DNA of 4,335 nucleotides from a virus (Duplodnaviria; Heunggongvirae; Uroviricota; Caudoviricetes): IMG/VR virus record IMGVR_UViG_2711768058_000007, positions 1 to 4,335 of that record; one strand, 5' to 3'. Shown piece by piece: positions 1 to 4,335 of this stretch (position 1 is its first letter; each line of letters starts with the position of its first letter). The notes under the pieces were generated by a model. It saw only the letters and a program-made list of their open reading frames with translations, ran no database searches and was not told where the DNA came from. The position numbers and the translations under genes were made by a program.

Positions 1-117
1 GAGCAGGTACCCACTGTCCTCCAACAATATTTCATCTTCATATCCGACGGAACAAGACTTACCCTGCCGGGATGTACAGAATAACAACAGAGTGATAATT
101 AATTTCTGATGAAATAA

Positions 118-450
118 TCAGGGTGCAGAAGGACTAAAGATAAACGTTTTCTTCACGCCTTTACACGGCCTGTCCTTCTCAAATCGCCATTTTGCCATCG
201 CCTTTACAACCTGCTCATCAAACAGATGGTGCGGCTCTGAACGAATAAACTCAATTCGGGTGACAGTACCATCAGCACCAATATCAAACCTCACATCAAC
301 CCGTCCCTTTATATAATTTGCCGCTGCATAGGCCGGATATTGTGGTAATGCCTTAACCAACTGTCGGGGCATATCTGTTTTATGTTGCGTACAGCCCATA
401 ACCAGAGAAGACAACAAAATAATTAACGGAAGATTTCTTTTCATTTTCAT
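118..450 (-). CDS. Lipoprotein with TonB C-terminal-like domain (prophage cargo gene at the bor position)
   Basis: N-terminus MKMKRNLPLIILLSSLVMGC has a signal peptide and lipobox-like LVMGC; Thr at +2 after Cys suggests outer-membrane sorting. Residues YPAYAAANYIKGRVDVRFDIGADGTVTRIEFIRSEPHHLFDEQVVKAMAKWRFE match the spacing of the E. coli TonB C-terminal domain as I recall it. The listed ORF 118..459 begins with GTG; the ATG at 450 follows GGGGA and is preferred. Confidence 0.7.
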   Translation of the reverse strand: MKMKRNLPLIILLSSLVMGCTQHKTDMPRQLVKALPQYPAYAAANYIKGRVDVRFDIGADGTVTRIEFIRSEPHHLFDEQVVKAMAKWRFEKDRPCKGVKKTFIFSPSAP

Positions 451-465
451 TCCCCGCACAGATAA

Positions 466-480
466 GAATAAGTCTTATTC
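466..480. promoter_or_regulatory. Perfect 7-1-7 inverted repeat GAATAAG-T-CTTATTC upstream of the TonB-like gene; candidate operator
   Basis: Read directly from the sequence. It overlaps a possible minus-strand -10 (TAGAAT, plus 477-482), with a TTGATG -35-like hexamer at plus 503-508 (spacer about 19, suboptimal). AT-rich and loosely Fur-box-like, but not a consensus match. Confidence 0.3.
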
Positions 481-751
481 TAACAATGCCGCCCTGTCGG
501 TCATCAATCCTCTGCTTAATGGCAACGACAATTATCCGACTTAAATCACAAATCAGACACATGACATAACAGGGCTTGCGAGGTAACACATCGTCCTGTT
601 TCTTCCACCATCGCACCGGACCAGCGACCATGAGGGGACAACGCCGCGCTCCGTTAACGCGGTAAACCCCGGTGTGTATCGTTTTTGATTATCCCCACAC
701 ACTCGCGCAGAGGAGTCTCCCTGTAGGGCTGCGGTCTCTGTTAATGCGGGA

Positions 752-770
752 ATACGGCGACGATACGGCG
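752..770. repeat. Direct repeat ATACGGCG-ACG-ATACGGCG just downstream of the Rz stop
   Basis: Read directly from the sequence; function unknown. Confidence 0.3.
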
Positions 771-782
771 CATCAGCAAAAC

Positions 783-1241
783 TTATTTCAGGCACTGAGT
801 GCGGATATATTCCTGCGCCCCTTCCAGCTGCTTCTGCATCAGCATCAACCGTTCTCTGAGAGTGAAATAATCCCATTCAGCGGTGTCTGCCAGTCGGGGG
901 TCGGTTGCATTATCCACGCCGGAGGTGGTGGTGGCTTCACGCACGGAGCCTTGACAGGTGGCATTGATCCGCAGGCGCTTACGACCAGCGGTAACATCAG
1001 CACGCAGAGTTTCATTTTCAGCTCTCGCATCGGCTAATTCCCTCGAGTATTTTGCATCGAGCGCAGCAACATCGCGCTGGCGCTGCTGCATGTCAGTAAT
1101 GGTTGCGTTTGCCAGCTCCAGCTCTCTGGCTTTTTTATCGCGCTGCGCTTTGTAGGTGATGGCGTTATCACGGTAATGGTCTGTTGCCAGCCACAGCGCA
1201 CCACAGACCACCAGCAGAATAACGGTAAACGCGGAAAGCAT
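783..1241 (-). CDS. Rz: Rz i-spanin (inner-membrane spanin subunit)
   Basis: MLSAFTVILLVVCGALWLATDHYRDNAITYKAQRDK...YFTLRERL...KQLEG closely matches lambda Rz along its length, including the N-terminal TM helix. Start set at the ATG at 1241; the listed ORF 783..1349 begins with TTG and adds a non-homologous extension. Confidence 0.9.
   Translation of the reverse strand: MLSAFTVILLVVCGALWLATDHYRDNAITYKAQRDKKARELELANATITDMQQRQRDVAALDAKYSRELADARAENETLRADVTAGRKRLRINATCQGSVREATTTSGVDNATDPRLADTAEWDYFTLRERLMLMQKQLEGAQEYIRTQCLK
845..1030 (-). CDS. Rz1: Rz1 o-spanin lipoprotein, embedded in the +1 frame of Rz
   Basis: MRELKMKLCVLMLPLVVSAC-GSMPPVKAPCVKPPPPPAWIMQPTPDWQTPLNGIIS matches lambda Rz1 (lipobox, penta-proline stretch). 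GAGGGA sits about 9 nt upstream of the ATG at 1030; an alternative start is Met6 at 1015. Confidence 0.85.
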   Translation of the reverse strand: MRELKMKLCVLMLPLVVSACGSMPPVKAPCVKPPPPPAWIMQPTPDWQTPLNGIISLSENG

Positions 1242-1252
1242 TCGGTTTATGC

Positions 1253-1384
1253 TCACCCCACCAGCCCTGCTGAAGTCAACGCCATCCAGGTTATGGAAAG
1301 AAAAAGAGCAACCAGCATTAGTGAAAATGAAATACCGACGATTACACAAAGGCCCTTCGCCAGCATTATGAGTTTGTCTGACAT
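1253..1384 (-). CDS. Unlisted 43-aa hydrophobic mini-protein (MSDKLIMLAKGLCVIVGISFSLMLVALFLSITWMALTSAGLVG)
   Basis: Hand-translated from the minus strand; below the ORF-track size cutoff. AAGAGG lies 5 nt upstream of the ATG, and the stop is 11 nt before the Rz start. Predicted 1-2 TM helices. No homolog recognised. Confidence 0.35.
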   Translation of the reverse strand: MSDKLIMLAKGLCVIVGISFSLMLVALFLSITWMALTSAGLVG

Positions 1385-1386
1385 CT

Positions 1387-1467
1387 TTACCTCTTAATAG
1401 CAGTAATTAACCGGGCAACCACCCATAAAAACGGAATCAGCCAGACCAGCAAAAATTTCCAGTCCAT
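1387..1467 (-). CDS. Unlisted 26-aa hydrophobic mini-ORF (MDWKFLLVWLIPFLWVVARLITAIKR), or 29 aa from the ATG at 1476
   Basis: Hand-translated. No clear SD, but the ATG at 1476 lies 2 nt after the antirepressor stop (TGA-AG-ATG), and its own stop is 2 nt before the next mini-ORF (TAA-AG-ATG), so translational coupling is possible. Single predicted TM helix. Confidence 0.22.
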   Translation of the reverse strand: MDWKFLLVWLIPFLWVVARLITAIKR

Positions 1468-1478
1468 TTTTATCATCT

Positions 1479-2174
1479 TCATGCTGCGGTAGCTCTCCAT
1501 GCAGCAAGCAGACCAGCAATCCACTGAACACCTTTTGGGGTGAATTTAACCTGCGTAAAAGCATGACCATTGCCCGCCTCGCCCGTTTTCACGCTAAACC
1601 GCCCCGCATCCAGGTGATACGAGTAAGGCGTCATTTTTCCAGCGAGGCGATACATTATTCCGTTCTCCAACAAAAACAGCCGGAAATCGGTTTCTTTGAT
1701 ACCGAGTAACTTAGCAACTTCCCGGAATCCCATCAGACCAGATGCTTCAACATAGTTATCAACAAATTTAGCCTTCGGCGCTGCTATTGCCAGTTGATTT
1801 TCCAGCACTGCTTTCTGTTCAGCCAGTTTTGCCGCAAATCGCAACGCCTCAGGTAAAGTCCGGGGGATCTGAATACCATGCATCGCTTTGAGTCTTGCCA
1901 GCACAGAACGACGAACGGCCTTTGACTCCCTCATGCCAACGAGCATCATCTGGTCAAAATCCAGATCATAGTATGCCGTTCTTGTCTGGTTATTGTTTAA
2001 CCGGAATTTTTTTCCGGTTCCATCAAGCTCTAGCTCATCCTCAATTTTTGCAAGAAACTTACGCGGTTCATGAGGGACTTCTCCGGCTTCTGCCCGGGCT
2101 GGATTAATAATGTTATTCAGAAAATCCAGACTACTCATGGATATTTCATGATCGACAGAAATCATCTCTTTCAT
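1479..2174 (-). CDS. Phage antirepressor, KilAC (ANT) C-terminal domain family
   Basis: 231 aa; the C-terminal half (FVDNYVEASGLMGFREVAKLLGIKETDFRLFLLENGIMYRL...KTGEAGNGHAFTQVKFTPKGVQWIAGLL) resembles KilA-C/ANT domains. AAGGAA lies about 9 nt upstream of the ATG at 2174. An ant-like gene between R and Rz is, as I recall, also seen in Stx2-type prophages. Confidence 0.8.
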   Translation of the reverse strand: MKEMISVDHEISMSSLDFLNNIINPARAEAGEVPHEPRKFLAKIEDELELDGTGKKFRLNNNQTRTAYYDLDFDQMMLVGMRESKAVRRSVLARLKAMHGIQIPRTLPEALRFAAKLAEQKAVLENQLAIAAPKAKFVDNYVEASGLMGFREVAKLLGIKETDFRLFLLENGIMYRLAGKMTPYSYHLDAGRFSVKTGEAGNGHAFTQVKFTPKGVQWIAGLLAAWRATAA

Positions 2175-2305
2175 GGTTGATTCCTTTTAGTGATGAACCC
2201 TGCGCACAGGAATAACCAGCCCAAAGAGGGTTAACCAGACCACTGCCGGTTATCCACCAGGGCTCATCCTGAAAGGTTCTTTGGTTTATTTACGCTTGTG
2301 CGAAG

Positions 2306-2338
2306 CGCAGAAATGACAAAGGCACCATTACGGTGCCT
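2306..2338 (-). terminator. Candidate rho-independent terminator downstream of the endolysin
   Basis: On the minus strand: 7-bp stem AGGCACC/GGTGCCT (plus 2320-2326 and 2332-2338), 5-nt loop, then a U-rich tail UUGUCAUUUCUG. The stem is short and no energy was computed. Confidence 0.35.
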
Positions 2339-2447
2339 CTGCGTGAAATAATCTGCCTAACTTTATTCACTTACATTTTGCCAGTTCGCAGGATTTCGTG
2401 TTATCCGCCCGCGCTGGCCAACGTCATTTTTCAGCAAAATATTCTGC

Positions 2448-2981
2448 TTATCTGTCGATTCCCCAGCACGCCAGAGCGCTCTCCTGGTCACGACGGGATA
2501 CCTGACCATAACAGTTATTTGAGCGAATACGGCAGTCTCTGCCACCGTCCTTAATCCACCAGCGAATCGCTTCGCAGGCACCTTTTCGATCTCCTGCATT
2601 AATTCGTTTATAAAACGTCGACGGGAAACACTTACCTGGGCCAATGTTGTAAGGACAGAATGACGCAATACCCGCTTTCTGGGGTTCAGTCAGTGGCACT
2701 TTGATGTTTTTCGCCACCCATGCCAGCGCCTTATCACGTTCAATGGCGTTAACCTGGTCGCATTTTTCCTTCGACAACTTCATGCCCGGGAGGACAGGCT
2801 TACCATCCACCCGGGTGGCTCCACGGCAGATGGTCCAGATACCCGCACCATCACGGTATGCCGTGGTGTGGTTACCTTCCTTTTCATCCAGAAACTGGTC
2901 GAGAATGTCAGGCGCAGGCGCACCTGCGGCAATCAGCGCCAGAACGGCAGCCGACAGGCCGTATCTGATTTTTGCGTTCAT
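2448..2981 (-). CDS. R: SAR endolysin (T4-lysozyme-like, GH24 muramidase with N-terminal signal-arrest-release domain)
   Basis: 177 aa. N-terminus MNAKIRYGLSAAVLALIAAGAPAP is an Ala/Gly-rich weakly hydrophobic SAR-type segment. E-x8-D-x5-T spacing in EGNHTTAYRDGAGIWT matches the T4 lysozyme Glu/Asp/Thr triad. Closely resembles E. coli prophage lysozymes of the Qin RrrQ type as I recall them. Confidence 0.92.
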   Translation of the reverse strand: MNAKIRYGLSAAVLALIAAGAPAPDILDQFLDEKEGNHTTAYRDGAGIWTICRGATRVDGKPVLPGMKLSKEKCDQVNAIERDKALAWVAKNIKVPLTEPQKAGIASFCPYNIGPGKCFPSTFYKRINAGDRKGACEAIRWWIKDGGRDCRIRSNNCYGQVSRRDQESALACWGIDR

Positions 2982-3031
2982 GGATATTTATCAGGGTTTA
3001 TCGATTTCAAATCCCTGGATATGTTAAGTCT

Positions 3032-3376
3032 TCAGGCCAGCGGTGGAGTCTTCAGAGAACCAGTAATTATTCCCGGTAGTTTTCCTCTGTAGGTTATCAA
3101 CACATCCTGCGCCTCTAAAATTACGGGGCGCTTTTCCGGCAACGGTTCGTTCCCTTCACATAACCCGGCAGCAACATCCATGAAAAACTGCTTCGCCTGC
3201 TTTTTCGCCTCAGCTTCGTAAAACTCCAGCGTGGCACCTTCAGTACGGTCAAGACTAATCGCCACATTTGGCAACAACAGTGACGTATACCCACCCGTTT
3301 CCAGCGCCACAGTAACAGTAATCTTATCCGGGTAATTATTTATCCCTTTAACAACCAGTTCGTATTGTTTATTCAT
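3032..3376 (-). CDS. Conserved phage protein between holin and endolysin (YdfR-like, DUF1327-type by position and size)
   Basis: 114 aa, soluble, no TM segment. GGGGAGAG lies 6 nt upstream of the ATG, which is 3 nt after the holin stop. Assignment to the YdfR family is by synteny with the essQ-ydfR-rrrQ arrangement in E. coli K-12 Qin as I recall it, not by verified sequence identity. Confidence 0.65.
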   Translation of the reverse strand: MNKQYELVVKGINNYPDKITVTVALETGGYTSLLLPNVAISLDRTEGATLEFYEAEAKKQAKQFFMDVAAGLCEGNEPLPEKRPVILEAQDVLITYRGKLPGIITGSLKTPPLA

Positions 3377-3379
3377 CGT

Positions 3380-3595
3380 CTACTCTCCCCGCGCCGCCTT
3401 ACGCCGGTCTTCTTTAATTTTGAAATACAGGTTCGTCAGATATGTCAGCAGACCAAACAGCAGACTCCCCAGCACGCCTATTGCCGCCCACTGAGACGGG
3501 GAAACCCTGTCCAGCAGCTGCAGGAACCAGTAGCCCGTCCCCACCGCTGACGTGGTGTATGACACACCTGTTGTGATTTTTTCCATCTGGTACAT
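3380..3595 (-). CDS. S: Class II pinholin, phage 21 S-like, with dual-start motif
   Basis: [71 protein letters not shown] matches phage 21 S21 (two TM segments, charged C-terminal tail). Met1 and Met4 give the expected antiholin/holin dual start. GGGAGACGGGG lies upstream. Confidence 0.92.
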   Translation of the reverse strand: MYQMEKITTGVSYTTSAVGTGYWFLQLLDRVSPSQWAAIGVLGSLLFGLLTYLTNLYFKIKEDRRKAARGE

Positions 3596-3670
3596 ACCCC
3601 GTCTCCCGCAATCCGGAAGCTCACAACAACAAGAGGGGCATCAGCTCACACCGACAGCCCCTGCGCATGG

Positions 3671-3940
3671 TTACATCATCATTTCGCCGTCAGGCTGAGG
3701 CTCACTGCCACCATCAGGCTGAGACACGACACCATCTGAAACAGCACTGTCACCCGCACCGTCTTCAGGCCCGGGAGCAGCCGGTACCCCCAGCAGTTCA
3801 TCCAGAATGGCATCCACTTCAGCATCAAGACGCGCCTCAAGATTCTGACGAAGTTGCTGTTTCAGTGCGCTCCTGACTTCTTCAGAGCGCAGGACATCCT
3901 TCACTGCTTCAGCAGTGACCAGCGATTTTATTTCTGACAT
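3671..3940 (-). CDS. Hypothetical 89-aa protein with acidic, Gly/Pro/Asp-rich C-terminal tail
   Basis: Start set at the first ATG (3940); the listed ORF 3671..4054 begins with TTG and overlaps the upstream gene. Sequence MSEIKSLVTAEAVKDVLRSEEVRSALKQQLRQNLEARLDAEVDAILDELLG, then a low-complexity acidic tail ending MMM. Weak SD. No homolog recognised. Confidence 0.5.
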   Translation of the reverse strand: MSEIKSLVTAEAVKDVLRSEEVRSALKQQLRQNLEARLDAEVDAILDELLGVPAAPGPEDGAGDSAVSDGVVSQPDGGSEPQPDGEMMM

Positions 3941-3977
3941 GGTATTTACTCGTTGAAAGGTGTTGTTAAGAAAGTTG

Positions 3978-4160
3978 CTACGGAATGAGAGGCTCTTCGG
4001 GTTTTGTTCCGGCTGACTGACTGGCGCTGATTTTCTCAGCGGCCCTTTTGTCAATCTGTCTGCGCCAGAAATCTCTCACGACTCTGTACCCACCAGAAAG
4101 AAGATACAGCACACAAACTGCTGTACAGAAATACAATAAAATAAGCTGTATAAATGTCAT
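3978..4160 (-). CDS. Hypothetical 60-aa single-pass membrane protein
   Basis: MTFIQLILLYFCTAVCVLYLLSGGYRVVRDFWRRQIDKRAAEK...: N-terminal TM helix followed by a basic tail. GGAG lies 7 nt upstream of the ATG at 4160. Confidence 0.55.
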   Translation of the reverse strand: MTFIQLILLYFCTAVCVLYLLSGGYRVVRDFWRRQIDKRAAEKISASQSAGTKPEEPLIP

Positions 4161-4255
4161 TATTCATCTCCATTATTGATATGGTGTTGACATCGTTAAT
4201 ACCTGTTGGTTAAAAAAGCGTCCTGCATGTTTTGCTTTGGATATGACGACATTTG

Positions 4256-4303
4256 CCGCCGGTTCTGGCTCCTTGTTTTCCCTGCCCCGGCGGTCTTTTT
4301 TTT
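4256..4303 (+). terminator. Terminator-like hairpin plus T8 run on the plus strand, opposite to all genes
   Basis: CCGCCGG (4256-4262) pairs with CCGGCGG (4287-4293), followed by TC and TTTTTTTT (4296-4303). The loop is long (24 nt), which weakens the call. On the minus strand the same element reads A8 then hairpin, so it is not a minus-strand terminator. Confidence 0.35.
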
Positions 4304-4335
4304 CCTGCTTACGGGTTATTCACTTCCACTGTTAT

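Noticed and set aside
118-450. Bor lipoprotein at the expected position
   Set aside because: The protein does not resemble lambda Bor; it carries a TonB C-terminal-like domain instead.
118-459. GTG start for the TonB-like lipoprotein
   Set aside because: The ATG 9 nt downstream has an appropriately spaced purine-rich SD and yields a standard signal peptide, so it is preferred; the GTG start remains possible.
380-631. Listed 83-aa minus-strand ORF
   Set aside because: Overlaps the start of the TonB-like gene and its upstream regulatory region; sequence is low-complexity with no recognisable features and no RBS. Probably spurious.
553-876. Listed 107-aa minus-strand ORF
   Set aside because: Arg/Gly/Ala-rich and low-complexity; overlaps the 3' end of Rz out of frame. 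Typical chance ORF in GC-rich spacer.
783-1349. Extended 188-aa version of Rz
   Set aside because: Begins with TTG, and the extra N-terminal 36 residues have no counterpart in lambda Rz; the ATG at 1241 gives the expected protein.
672-1397. Plus-strand ORFs 672..1037, 958..1155 and 1176..1397
   Set aside because: Antisense to the well-supported Rz/Rz1 genes and the mini-ORF region; Ser/Ala/Arg-rich composition typical of antisense frames.
1895-2107. Plus-strand 70-aa ORF
   Set aside because: Lies entirely antisense within the antirepressor gene.
2992-3017. Imperfect inverted repeat CAGGG-N16-CCCTG between the YdfR-like gene and the endolysin
   Set aside because: Only a 5-bp stem with a long loop, and it sits where the endolysin RBS should be; more likely coincidental or a minor translational element than a terminator.
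2333-3092. ORFs 2333..2554(+), 2363..2668(-), 2701..3027(+), 2868..3092(+)
   Set aside because: All overlap the strongly supported SAR endolysin in alternative frames or antisense.
3365-3611. ORFs 3365..3550(+) and 3414..3611(-)
   Set aside because: Overlap the pinholin gene; Pro/Gln/Arg-rich composition; no independent support.
3633-3661. Hairpin AGGGGC-N17-GCCCCT between the 89-aa gene and the holin
   Set aside because: Long loop, and the tail on the minus strand is only moderately U-rich; not confident enough to call a terminator.
3667-3876. Plus-strand 69-aa His/Gln-rich ORF
   Set aside because: Antisense to the 89-aa gene; reflects the reverse-complement of its acidic codons.
3671-4054. 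Full 127-aa version of the acidic protein
   Set aside because: Starts with TTG and overlaps the 3' end of the 60-aa membrane-protein gene; the first ATG (3940) removes the overlap.
1-4335. Shiga toxin genes, tRNA genes, CRISPR repeats or IS elements
   Set aside because: No ORFs of appropriate size or character upstream of the holin for stx; no tRNA-like structures or regularly spaced repeats; no transposase-like ORFs or terminal inverted repeats.

Overview
This window reads as the late/lysis region of a lambdoid (phage 21 / Stx-phage-like) prophage from an Enterobacteriaceae host, with every credible gene on the minus strand. In transcription order (high to low coordinates) it holds: a 60-aa membrane protein, an 89-aa acidic protein, an S21-type pinholin with dual start, a YdfR-like protein, a SAR endolysin, a KilAC-type antirepressor, two unlisted hydrophobic mini-ORFs, Rz with embedded Rz1, and a TonB C-terminal-domain lipoprotein where lambda carries bor. 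Protein identities rest on my recall of lambda Rz/Rz1, phage 21 S and E. coli prophage lysozymes; no database search was possible. I see no rRNA, tRNA, CRISPR array or transposase. The lysis core is well known, so any novelty lies in the accessory cargo: the TonB-domain lipoprotein with an operator-like palindrome, the mini-ORFs, the small gene pair upstream of the holin, and a plus-strand terminator-like element. All functional proposals for these are inference.
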